From assembly GCA_033764315.1 (NCBI GenBank), contig JANRJA010000023.1, positions 64,926 through 128,925 of the forward strand: a stretch of 64,000 nucleotides of DNA, in the 5' to 3' direction. The notes below the pieces were generated by a model that made no database searches, was not told the DNA's origin, and saw nothing but the letters and a program-made list of their open reading frames with translations. Source of the DNA: Oculatellaceae cyanobacterium bins.114 (GTDB lineage: Bacteria > Cyanobacteriota > Cyanobacteriia > Elainellales > Elainellaceae). Both the position numbers and the translations under genes were made by a program. Below are positions 48,529 to 57,572 of this stretch, piece after piece; position 1 is the first letter of the stretch; each line of letters starts with the position of its first letter.

Positions 48529-49800
48529 TTGACTGCACTTCTAACAACGTCGGAATTTCCGGCTCATCTCCATAGATTAGATAATGGGCTGACCGTCCTT
48601 CACCAATATATTGCTGCCACTCCGGTAGTAGCGGTTGATGTGTGGGTTAGGGCAGGGGCGATCGTAGAGCCAGAGCAATGGGTTGGCATGGCTCATTTCT
48701 TAGAGCATATGATTTTTAAGGGCACCGATGATTTGCCACCTGGCTATTTTGACCAGGTGATTGAAAATCGGGGTGGCATCACTAATGCAGCGACAAGCCA
48801 CGATTATGCTCATTACTTTATCAATACGGCAGCCGATCACTTATCCGATACGTTGCCTTGTTTAGCAGAGCTACTCATCAATGCAGCCATTCCAGAAGAC
48901 GAGTTTTGGCGAGAACGCGATGTCGTTTTAGAAGAGATTCGTCAGGCCGAAGATGACCCAGACTGGCTGGGGTTTCAGGCATTGATGGAGAGTGTTTATC
49001 AATGTCATCCCTATGGGCGATCGGTGTTGGGTAGTGCTGAGGGGTTGCTGGCGCGATCGCCAGATGAGATGCGTTCCTTTCACCGGGCTCACTATCAACC
49101 CGAAAATATGACGGTAGTGGTAGTGGGTAATGTCGATGAAGCCGTCACTCTAAAATTAGTAGAACAGGCGTTTAATCGTTTTCCGATGCGCCCTGATCTG
49201 CCATCTCTCTCGATTGAGGCAGAGCCTCCGATCACCGAAATTCGCCGCCAAGAATTGTATTTACCCCGACTTGAGCAAGCCCGATTGTTGATGGGATGGG
49301 TGGGGCCAGGGGTCGATCAGTTGCGTAGTGCCTATGGGCTAGATTTGTTGTCTGTGTTGCTGGCAGGTGGGCGATCGTCTCGTCTGGTGCGGGAGTTGCG
49401 AGAAGAGAGACAGTTGGTGCAAGGGGTGAGCAGTGGATTTTCGTTGCAGCGAGACTCCAGTCTGTTCACGATTAATGTTTGGTTAGAGCCTGAATATGTA
49501 GATGTTGTAGAGGGAATTATTGGCGATCGCCTCTCTGAGTTAATGACCCATCCCATTGGTGATGCAGAACTTGCACGTCACAAACGGCTGTTGTGCAATG
49601 ACTATGCATTTTCGACCGAAACATCCAGTCAATTGGCGGGTCTGTATGGGTATTACAACACCATTGCTCAAGCCGATATTGCTGTCCTGTATCCCAATCA
49701 AATTTGCAGCTTTGAAGCACAAGAGCTGCAACAACTGGCAAGCCAGTATCTATCGCCTTATCACTATGCGGCTGTAGTGCTCAAGCCTTTAACCGTTTGA
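48529..49800 (+). CDS. M16B zinc peptidase, catalytic subunit
   Basis: GMAHFLEHMIFKGT (HxxEH), ERDVVLEEIR, HPYGRSVLG. Confidence 0.93.
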   Translation: MTALLTTSEFPAHLHRLDNGLTVLHQYIAATPVVAVDVWVRAGAIVEPEQWVGMAHFLEHMIFKGTDDLPPGYFDQVIENRGGITNAATSHDYAHYFINTAADHLSDTLPCLAELLINAAIPEDEFWRERDVVLEEIRQAEDDPDWLGFQALMESVYQCHPYGRSVLGSAEGLLARSPDEMRSFHRAHYQPENMTVVVVGNVDEAVTLKLVEQAFNRFPMRPDLPSLSIEAEPPITEIRRQELYLPRLEQARLLMGWVGPGVDQLRSAYGLDLLSVLLAGGRSSRLVRELREERQLVQGVSSGFSLQRDSSLFTINVWLEPEYVDVVEGIIGDRLSELMTHPIGDAELARHKRLLCNDYAFSTETSSQLAGLYGYYNTIAQADIAVLYPNQICSFEAQELQQLASQYLSPYHYAAVVLKPLTV

Positions 49801-49834
49801 GCTAACTTCGGTTAGTGGCCCGCTTTTCAATTTC

Positions 49835-51181
49835 GTGTGTTCTTCAATTCCACCCTTCATCCGTATGCCCGTAAATTTATATGTGGCGCAGACGCTACAG
49901 AATCGCAATGTTCATCGTGCCGTTTTAGAAAACGGCATGACTGTTTTAACGGTAGAAAATGCTGCCGCAGATATTATTGCAGCCCGCATTTTTATTCGAG
50001 CTGGAAGTCGCTATGAAACAGCAGCACAAGCCGGAATTTCTCATCTTTTATCGGCGGTTATCACTAAAGGAACCACTCAGCTCTCATCGCAACAAATTGC
50101 TGAACAGGTTGAGTCAGTAGGAGCCAGTTTAGGTACGGATGCTGCCTCTGACTACTGTTTACTCAGCCTCAAAACAGTCTCGACTGATTTTGTGGAAATG
50201 TTGCAACTGGCGGCTGAGATCTTGCGATCGCCCACGTTTCCGGCTCCTGAAGTGGAGTTAGAAAAGCGGCTCACGCTTCAAGGTATTCGCTCTATGCAAG
50301 AGCAACCGTTTGCGATCGGGCAAAACCAGTTGCGTCAGGCGATGTATCAGCAGCATCCCTATGCTTTTTCTGGGTTAGGCACTGAGGTAACAGTGTCTCA
50401 ACTCACCCAGGCTGACTTGCAAGACTATCATCGGTCTTATTTTCGTCCTGACAATATGGTAATCAGCATTGCCGGACGAATCTTGCCAGAAGAGGCGATC
50501 GCCCTGGTAGATCAGGTGTTTGGAGGTTGGTGCCCACCAGAGGCTGAGGGACAAATTCTGCCGTTACCTGCCCTCCAGTTGCCCGTAGTCACTTCTGATC
50601 CCCAATCTGTCGTTACAGTGCAAGAGACGCAACAGGCCATTATCATGTTGGGCTATCTCGCCCCTGCTGTGCAAAGTACAGATTATGCGGCTTTAAAACT
50701 GCTGAGCACCTATTTGAGTAATGGTTTGTCGAGTCGGTTGTTTGTCGAATTGCGTGAAAAGCAAGGGTTGGCCTATGAAGTGTCTGGGTTTTATCCCACT
50801 CGGTTAGATACTTCACACTTTGTGGTTTATATGGGCACCGCTCCTAGCAACACAGCCGTGGCGATCGAGGGGTTGAGACGAGAGGTCGATCGACTGGGTC
50901 AAACCCTCTTGAGTGCTGACGAGTTGCAAGCTTCTAAAAACAAGCTGTTGGGTCAATATGCTTTGGGTAAACAGACGAACGCTCAAATTGCTCAAACCTT
51001 TGGCTGGTATGAAACCTTAGGGCTGGGAATTGAGTTTGACCAAACGTTTCAACAGATGATTTCTGATGTCACGGTTGATGTAGCTCAAGAAACGGCTCGC
51101 CGTTATCTAGGGCAACCCTATGTCTCCTTTGTGGGGCCAGCGATCGCGGTAGATGCCCTATCATCCCCAATGACTTCCTAG
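49835..51181 (+). CDS. M16B peptidase, non-catalytic partner subunit
   Basis: HxxEH replaced by HLLSA; retains SSRLFVELREKQGLAY (R/Y pair); start may be 49865 or 49883. Confidence 0.9.
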   Translation: MCSSIPPFIRMPVNLYVAQTLQNRNVHRAVLENGMTVLTVENAAADIIAARIFIRAGSRYETAAQAGISHLLSAVITKGTTQLSSQQIAEQVESVGASLGTDAASDYCLLSLKTVSTDFVEMLQLAAEILRSPTFPAPEVELEKRLTLQGIRSMQEQPFAIGQNQLRQAMYQQHPYAFSGLGTEVTVSQLTQADLQDYHRSYFRPDNMVISIAGRILPEEAIALVDQVFGGWCPPEAEGQILPLPALQLPVVTSDPQSVVTVQETQQAIIMLGYLAPAVQSTDYAALKLLSTYLSNGLSSRLFVELREKQGLAYEVSGFYPTRLDTSHFVVYMGTAPSNTAVAIEGLRREVDRLGQTLLSADELQASKNKLLGQYALGKQTNAQIAQTFGWYETLGLGIEFDQTFQQMISDVTVDVAQETARRYLGQPYVSFVGPAIAVDALSSPMTS

Positions 51182-51263
51182 TCTGCCGTGCGGAGCGCGG
51201 CACATCCTGACTTAAGAATCATGACTTTTAGAGCACTCCCGCTTTTGGTTTTTTTAGGCATTT

Positions 51264-51272
51264 GGGTAATCT
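51264..51272 (+). promoter_or_regulatory. possible SigF/SigJ-type promoter box
   Basis: GGGTAATCT ~30 nt upstream of the TPR-GT61 ATG. Confidence 0.35.
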
Positions 51273-51300
51273 CAAGGATATTCAGTCCATGAGGTGACTA

Positions 51301-53913
51301 ATGGGTACGAGCTTAGAACAACAAGCGGCGACCTGTCTGACTCAAGGTGACTACGAAACAGCGATCGCCCTCTATAGTCAGGCGATTGAGATTGACTCTA
51401 CTGCCAGAGCAAATTACTGGTCTTTAGGCTTGGCCCAACTGCTGTATGGCGATGCCTGGGAAGCCCAAGCGGTTTGGTTGTCAGTGCTGACCAATGCCAC
51501 CCCAGAAACAATTGACGACTGGACAGCAGAACTGCAAGCAGTTTTGAACAAGGCAACTCAAACTAGTTTGAGTGCAGCCCGATTTCAGCAAGCTACTCAA
51601 ATTTATGAGCAACTTTTAGAACTGGATGACGAGCAAGCCCCCATTCATGATGCATTAGGTCAGGTCTTAGCCCTGCAAGGTCGATTAGAAGAGGCGATCG
51701 CTCATTGGCAACAGGCGATCGCGATCGATCCCACCTACATCAAAGCTCATCGTCAAGCCGCAGAAACGTTGCAAAAAATAGAGCAATTTGAAGAAGCGGT
51801 AACTCACTATTTAGCCATCCTTGAGTGCGTACCTGCTGATTGGTCTGCCACTTATAACTTGGGCTTGTGTTGTTTGCAACTCAATCGGTTAGATGATGCG
51901 GTTTTGTATCTCAATCAAGCCATTCATTTAGACGCTAATTTTGCTCCTGCCCATGGTGATTTAGGAGTAGCCTGGTTACGACAGGGTGCACTAGAAAAAG
52001 CAATTTCTGCTTGGCATCAAGCAATCACCCTAAATTCTGGTTTAGCTCAGCCCTACGCTGTTTGGGCAAATACCCTGAAACAACAATCTCGGTTAGATCA
52101 TACGACATCGATCAATGCAGAGTTTTTGAATGGATTGAGCAATCCATCAGAGTTATTCAAAGCCTATCTGCCGTTAGGGAAGCTGCTAGTTAGTCAAAGC
52201 GTAGTGGAGAGAATTGGCATTCCTGATGAGGTAGCGATCGCCACTTTTGAAAAAGTGTTAGAAGACAATCCCAATTCGGCTGAAGGATATTTAGAACTGG
52301 GAAAACAACAACTAAAAATAGGGCGATTAGAACAGGCAATCGCTGCATTTCAACAGGCACTGCTTCTCCAACCGGGCAATGTAGAGACTTATATAGAAAT
52401 GGGCAAAACCCTAGCTCAAAAGCATCAATTTCAGGAGGCGATCGCGTCTTACCAACAAGCCATTGAAAGAGATGTCAACCTGGCAGAAATCTATTTTCAT
52501 TTAGGGGATGCTTTGGCATTAAAAGGAGATAGTCAAGCGGCAATACAGGCTTATCAAACTAAGATAAAACTTCAACCAGAGGCATTTGATAGCTATGATG
52601 CTCACTATCGTCTGGGGGTTTTATTGGCGGATCAAGGTCAACTGTCAGAGGCGATCGCTCACTTTCATACAGCGATGAAATTAGCCCCACGGTTGGCAAC
52701 GGCAGTCTATCAAGTTTGGCTTAAATTCAACCATAATCAGCCTGATTTAGACTGGCGATCGCCGCTATTGCCTGTTGATCCACCCCAAGGTTTTTATCAA
52801 TCTACTGAGGAATGGGCGACTGAGCAGGGATCAACAAGCCACTATTGCTCTATTTATCCTGCCGAAACTATTCAACTCAAACTCCCTAAAACATTAGAAC
52901 CCAATGTTGATTTACGCTTTCGATTTGGTGAGAGTTTAGAATTACCTCGTTCCTTTGTGGCGAGTGTTCCTCAAGGCCGCTATTGGATTGATGAATGGAA
53001 TAGAACAGCCGTGATTACCCCTGAAAATAAAATCTTGGGGGATGTGTCTCCCGACTTTCCCATTCTAAGTCCAGGACATCCTGATAAACATCCCAGTCAA
53101 CACTCGACTTTTGCACTGCAAAAGCTTCCCCCAATTCAATCCATCCAAGGAAGTGTTGCTATCTTGTCGGCCTTATTTAATGATGCCTATTTTCACTGGA
53201 TGTTTGATGTGATTCCACGTCTAGAATTAATTCGTTCTAGTGGAATCGACCTAACAGAAATCGATTATTTTTTGATTAATCAAGGTCTTCCTTTTCAACA
53301 AGAAAGTTTGGCTCGATTAGGCATTTCAGCGACCCAAATTCTAGAACCCAAAAACTATCCCCATATCGCCGCAGATTATTTAATTGTGCCTTCGTTTCCA
53401 GGGGTGATTTCCTGGATGCCCCGGTGGACGTGTGAATTTCTACAAAACCTCTTTTTAGATCAAACTCAACTGGCTCAAGCTGAAAAAATAGATCGTCTTT
53501 ATATCACCCGCAATCAAACGAGCAATCGTCGCGTGATCAATGAAGTAGAAGTCGTTGATTTATTAGAAAAATGGGGTTTTCAAAGTGTTGCCTTAGAGTC
53601 AATGGCGATCGCTGAACAAGCTGCCCTGATTCGTCATGCCAAAATTATTGTTGCTCCTCATGGTGGGGGGCTAACCAATATTGTGTTTTGCCAACCTGGA
53701 ACGAAAGTAATTGAATTGTTTTCGCCCAATTATGTCTATCCTTGTTACTGGTTTATCAGCAATTTGCTCCAACTTGAGCATTATTATTTGTTAGGTGAAG
53801 TTCCCCTTGGGTTTCAGTTCAATAAACTCTTGCATCCAAATGCCCGTACAGAGGATATATTGATCAACATAGATCGGTTGACCGATACGTTAAAGTTGGC
53901 AAATGTTATTTAA
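51301..53913 (+). CDS. TPR protein with C-terminal glycosyltransferase 61 / DUF563 domain
   Basis: Many TPRs; YFHWMFDVIPRL, RLYITR..RRVINE..EQAALI..IVAPHGGGLTNIVFC. Confidence 0.88.
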   Translation: MGTSLEQQAATCLTQGDYETAIALYSQAIEIDSTARANYWSLGLAQLLYGDAWEAQAVWLSVLTNATPETIDDWTAELQAVLNKATQTSLSAARFQQATQIYEQLLELDDEQAPIHDALGQVLALQGRLEEAIAHWQQAIAIDPTYIKAHRQAAETLQKIEQFEEAVTHYLAILECVPADWSATYNLGLCCLQLNRLDDAVLYLNQAIHLDANFAPAHGDLGVAWLRQGALEKAISAWHQAITLNSGLAQPYAVWANTLKQQSRLDHTTSINAEFLNGLSNPSELFKAYLPLGKLLVSQSVVERIGIPDEVAIATFEKVLEDNPNSAEGYLELGKQQLKIGRLEQAIAAFQQALLLQPGNVETYIEMGKTLAQKHQFQEAIASYQQAIERDVNLAEIYFHLGDALALKGDSQAAIQAYQTKIKLQPEAFDSYDAHYRLGVLLADQGQLSEAIAHFHTAMKLAPRLATAVYQVWLKFNHNQPDLDWRSPLLPVDPPQGFYQSTEEWATEQGSTSHYCSIYPAETIQLKLPKTLEPNVDLRFRFGESLELPRSFVASVPQGRYWIDEWNRTAVITPENKILGDVSPDFPILSPGHPDKHPSQHSTFALQKLPPIQSIQGSVAILSALFNDAYFHWMFDVIPRLELIRSSGIDLTEIDYFLINQGLPFQQESLARLGISATQILEPKNYPHIAADYLIVPSFPGVISWMPRWTCEFLQNLFLDQTQLAQAEKIDRLYITRNQTSNRRVINEVEVVDLLEKWGFQSVALESMAIAEQAALIRHAKIIVAPHGGGLTNIVFCQPGTKVIELFSPNYVYPCYWFISNLLQLEHYYLLGEVPLGFQFNKLLHPNARTEDILINIDRLTDTLKLANVI

Positions 53914-53940
53914 TTCACAGGTTGTCAGTTGACCTATGGC

Positions 53941-55716
53941 ATGGATTTAGTGAACTTAAGACAGCAAGCTGCACAACATTTGGTGCAAAACCAATATGCT
54001 GAGGCGATCGACCTATATGAGCAGTGCATTGAAAGAGCACCAGATGAGCGTTCTCTCTATTGGCATCTAGGGTTAGCTTTGCTGCTGCAAGGAGATGAAT
54101 TAACTGCTCAATCAACCTGGTTGTCTGTGCTCAGCCAAGACGATCCGGATCAAATTCAGCAGTTTGTGGGTGAGTTAATTGTAGTCTTAGAGGATGTTGC
54201 CCAACAGCGGTTGCAATATGCTGACTTCATTGCTACTGAGAAGATTTGTCGGCAAATTTTAGAGTTAGATACCACCCATGAAAGGGCGGCTCTCAATTTG
54301 GCAGATGTGTTGTTTAAACAGGGCAAATTAGAGGAAGCGATCGCCTGTTATCAACAACTGCTACAACTCAAGCCAAACGACCCTCATTTGTATAATAATT
54401 TAGGAGTATTGTTTGATCTACAGGGACAGTTTCAGGAGGCAATGGAGTGCTATCAATCTATCATTGCCATTGACCCAAACAACGCTACCGCTTATTACAA
54501 TCTAGGGCAATTATTAGAGCAACAGGGTCAGTCGAATGCCGCGATCGCTCACTATCAAACGGTGATTCAATTGCAACCCAATAATGCAGCCGCTTATTAC
54601 AATTTAGGTCATTTGCTCGATCAACATGGGCGATTAGAAGAGGCGATCGCCTATTACCGAGTTTTGATTACGATCGACCCTGATTCGCCCAAAGCCTACA
54701 GCTACTTAGGATTTGCGCTCAGTCAACAAGGGAATTTTGACGCCGCGTTGTCTTGCTATCAGCAAGCTCTAGATTTAAACCCCGATGATCCTGAAACTCA
54801 CTGGTACAAAGCATTTTTGTTACTGCAATTGGGTCATTTTGCTCAAGGGTTTGCTGAGTTTGAGTGGCGTTGGCAGTTGCCGGGAGCAACCTTACCTAAC
54901 TTCACGGTTCCTGTGTGGGATGGCTCATCCCTTGCAGGGCGCACTATTTTGTTACATACCGAATATGGATTTGGCGACACCATTCAATTTATTCGCTATG
55001 TCGATTTAGTCGTAGAGCGGGGAGGACGTGTGGTTGTTCAATGTCCTCCGTCGCTGATTCGGCTGCTGGCATCCATGCCCCATATCCAACAGGTCATTCC
55101 TATGGGGATGGAGTTACCTGCCTTTGATGTCTATGCTCCCTTGTTGAGTCTGCCTCACATTTTGAAGACAACCCTAGACAGTATTCCCTGCCAGATTCCC
55201 TATTTATTTCCCCCGGCGCAGGGGATGTTTATGCTGGAGGCTCCTCAAAACACACGGCTCAAGGTTGGAATCGCTTGGGCGGGCAACCCAGATTATCCTA
55301 GAGACCACAGTCGTTCTTGTTCGCTTCAACAATTTGTCGATCTGCTGACGATACCAGAAATCGCTTTTTTTAGTCTGCAAAAAGGAGAGAAGGTCGTCGA
55401 GTTAGTTAATTTACCTGACTCCATTGCCATTCAAGACTTGAGCGGGTTATTGAATGATTTTGCTGACACGGCAGGGGCGATCGCCCAACTGGATCTGGTC
55501 ATCACCACTGACACGGCTGTCGCCCATCTAGCAGGTGCGTTGGGCAAACCCGTTTGGGTGTTGCTCTCGTTTATTCCCGATTGGCGGTGGTTGCTCGATC
55601 GCGACGATAGCCCCTGGTATCCCACAATGCGGTTGTTTCGGCAGTCTCACTTAGAAGATTGGGCAGGGGTATTTGAGCGAGTGGCTCAAGCGTTGCAGCA
55701 ACGACTACTAGACTGA
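53941..55716 (+). CDS. TPR protein with C-terminal GT9/heptosyltransferase-like domain
   Basis: TPRs; WDGSSLAGRTILLHTEYGFGDTIQFIRY, KVGIAWAGNP, DFADTA..LDLVITTDTAVAHLAGALGKP..WRW..SPWYPTMRLFRQ. Confidence 0.88.
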   Translation: MDLVNLRQQAAQHLVQNQYAEAIDLYEQCIERAPDERSLYWHLGLALLLQGDELTAQSTWLSVLSQDDPDQIQQFVGELIVVLEDVAQQRLQYADFIATEKICRQILELDTTHERAALNLADVLFKQGKLEEAIACYQQLLQLKPNDPHLYNNLGVLFDLQGQFQEAMECYQSIIAIDPNNATAYYNLGQLLEQQGQSNAAIAHYQTVIQLQPNNAAAYYNLGHLLDQHGRLEEAIAYYRVLITIDPDSPKAYSYLGFALSQQGNFDAALSCYQQALDLNPDDPETHWYKAFLLLQLGHFAQGFAEFEWRWQLPGATLPNFTVPVWDGSSLAGRTILLHTEYGFGDTIQFIRYVDLVVERGGRVVVQCPPSLIRLLASMPHIQQVIPMGMELPAFDVYAPLLSLPHILKTTLDSIPCQIPYLFPPAQGMFMLEAPQNTRLKVGIAWAGNPDYPRDHSRSCSLQQFVDLLTIPEIAFFSLQKGEKVVELVNLPDSIAIQDLSGLLNDFADTAGAIAQLDLVITTDTAVAHLAGALGKPVWVLLSFIPDWRWLLDRDDSPWYPTMRLFRQSHLEDWAGVFERVAQALQQRLLD

Positions 55717-55888
55717 GTCCTGGATGACCAACTAGGGTTGAGAGCCTAGCGAATAAATTCGCAGCTATCAGAGCGAAGTTCGCCTTCTCGAACTACGGAG
55801 AATAAAGGGTTGAGTGAACCGACGCAGGTCGGTTTTGCTTCTGTAGTTGCAGTTTCAACCACCAAAATCCTTATCCTGAATTCACGTT
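55712..55888. mobile_element. MITE/REP-like composite repeat with three internal hairpins
   Basis: GCGAATAAATTCGC, AGTTCG-CCTTCT-CGAACT, AACCGAC-GCAG-GTCGGTT; ends TGAGTCCTGGATGA / TTATCCTGAATTCACGTT are imperfect IRs. Confidence 0.55.
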
Positions 55889-55917
55889 AACTAGGTTTGA
55901 CCAGACCTTGGCCGTCT

Positions 55918-57159
55918 TTACCCCAGCGTCCACATACCACTCTCTAGTTGCATGGCTCGTTGTTGTTGAAACTGCGTCAGGGAAACAATCGGTAAGGACA
56001 GGGCTTGTGCCTGGGCGATCGCGGTTGAAGCTTTGTGGGGAATTTCAAATCGACCCTGAATTTGTAACAGCAACGCCTGCCATTGAAAGGGTTGTAGTTT
56101 GCCTGTGAGCGAAATGCCAGGTTCCTCTGCCTCAAGGTCTGGGTTTGATGCTTCAGCCCAAAGCTGCATTAACAGACTGGAAATGAGCAAACCTGCTTCT
56201 GCTTCAGCGATCGCTGTCGTGTCAATCAACAGGGCAATCTCGGCGCGATCGGGGTGGGCAATCAGGGCTTGGATCAGAGGTGTTAATGAGGCTTGAATCT
56301 CCTCTTCGGTCGCTGACCAATCCGGAAAGACCAGCAAATTTAAGCTTCTAAGATTTTTAAACACCCCATAGATCTGATCAAAAACATCTCGGCTCAGCGT
56401 TTCGCTAATGGGTTTGTGATAGGTCAGTGAGGTGGCTAGAGCGTCAAGTCGCAAGTCAAACGGCTGCGATTGTTTGGTTAATTCGATCACTGCTAGCCCG
56501 TTGCCATAGGGATAAACCCAGCCATAATCTGTTTCTTTTAAGGCTTCTGGTGCAGTTTGAATCCACAGTTGGCGAGGATTGTAATCAATCAATTCAGTGG
56601 CAATTCGTTGAAAATAACTTGTGTTGATAGCCGCTGAGGGAATGATGTAAGTTGAGGTGAGTAAGTTGAGATAGTCTTGACTAAATTGGATATACCAACC
56701 ACCATCCAAAAGCTTCCCAAAAGGCACTGTAATTAATGCTTTGCCCCCTGGTTCTAAGAGGTCATAAATTTTGGCGATCGCCTTCAACGGTGCCTCAAAA
56801 TCATGATCTTCGGCATTCCCTGCATACCCTTGTCCCACGTGTTCGACAGTTGAGAGGCAGATAATGTTAGAAAATTTTTGGTCTGAAGGCAAATCCATTA
56901 AATCGAGATTTTCGACTCCTAGAGCAACCTCAAACTTGTCAATAATGCGCCTTGAGCGAATGCCTAAATAGTCACTCAGGGCATTTTCGTAATTTGATAA
57001 AACGTTGCCAATTTCTAACAGGTTTTGTTTGGTTTCAAGCTGCGCTAAAAAGGTAAAAGCAATGGGAATTTCTACAGCCCGTTCTGCCAAATTGTTTTGG
57101 TCAATGCGATTGTAGTAGAGCGATTTACCGTTCCACAGAAAAGTACTTTTCCAGCGCAT
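55918..57159 (-). CDS. methyltransferase-like (DUF268-like) domain fused to a C-terminal domain of cyanobacterial glycosyltransferase-associated proteins
   Basis: ERAVEIP, LLEIGNV, IICLSTVEHVG, LEPGGKALITVPFG; LNLLVFPDW..LLIDT C-terminal block. Confidence 0.65.
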   Translation of the reverse strand: MRWKSTFLWNGKSLYYNRIDQNNLAERAVEIPIAFTFLAQLETKQNLLEIGNVLSNYENALSDYLGIRSRRIIDKFEVALGVENLDLMDLPSDQKFSNIICLSTVEHVGQGYAGNAEDHDFEAPLKAIAKIYDLLEPGGKALITVPFGKLLDGGWYIQFSQDYLNLLTSTYIIPSAAINTSYFQRIATELIDYNPRQLWIQTAPEALKETDYGWVYPYGNGLAVIELTKQSQPFDLRLDALATSLTYHKPISETLSRDVFDQIYGVFKNLRSLNLLVFPDWSATEEEIQASLTPLIQALIAHPDRAEIALLIDTTAIAEAEAGLLISSLLMQLWAEASNPDLEAEEPGISLTGKLQPFQWQALLLQIQGRFEIPHKASTAIAQAQALSLPIVSLTQFQQQRAMQLESGMWTLG

Positions 57160-57173
57160 AGTTCACCGCTCTC

Positions 57174-57467
57174 TTACTCAGGCGTTTTAGGCTCAGTTCC
57201 GGTGGTGTCAGACTCGGCAGTCTCAGGCTCAGTATTATGAGTCACGGCATCAATATACTGACTTTCGATCAGAAAAGCACCCCTGGTAAAACGAACCCCC
57301 CAATAGCCACCCGGTCGTCGATCTAACACTGTCCCTTCTTCACCTATCTGAATCACATTAGGAGGACGAAGCATAGGCATCGATTCAGCCGTTTTGACAT
57401 AGGGGGGTAGGGCGATGACTCGAACGCGATCGCCAATGGCAAACTCTTTTTCCTTGATCTCAGACAT
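57174..57467 (-). CDS. sipA: NblS-interacting regulatory protein SipA (DUF3148)
   Basis: GDRVRVIALPPYVKTAESMPMLRPP..GEEGTVLDRRPGGYWGVRF..GAFL. Confidence 0.88.
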   Translation of the reverse strand: MSEIKEKEFAIGDRVRVIALPPYVKTAESMPMLRPPNVIQIGEEGTVLDRRPGGYWGVRFTRGAFLIESQYIDAVTHNTEPETAESDTTGTEPKTPE

Positions 57468-57572
57468 AGGGTAGTTGAATTGGATGGATGGGCTTGATGT
57501 GGATTGTAGATGCTGCCCGACCCTGACAACCCCGATTCGCTTGATTATCTTGCCTGGTCTAGGCGGATGACG

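Noticed and set aside
55180-55188. Second exact GGGAATACT on the minus strand
   Set aside because: Inside and antisense to a CDS (codons for DSIP); probably chance, which also tempers the J-box argument
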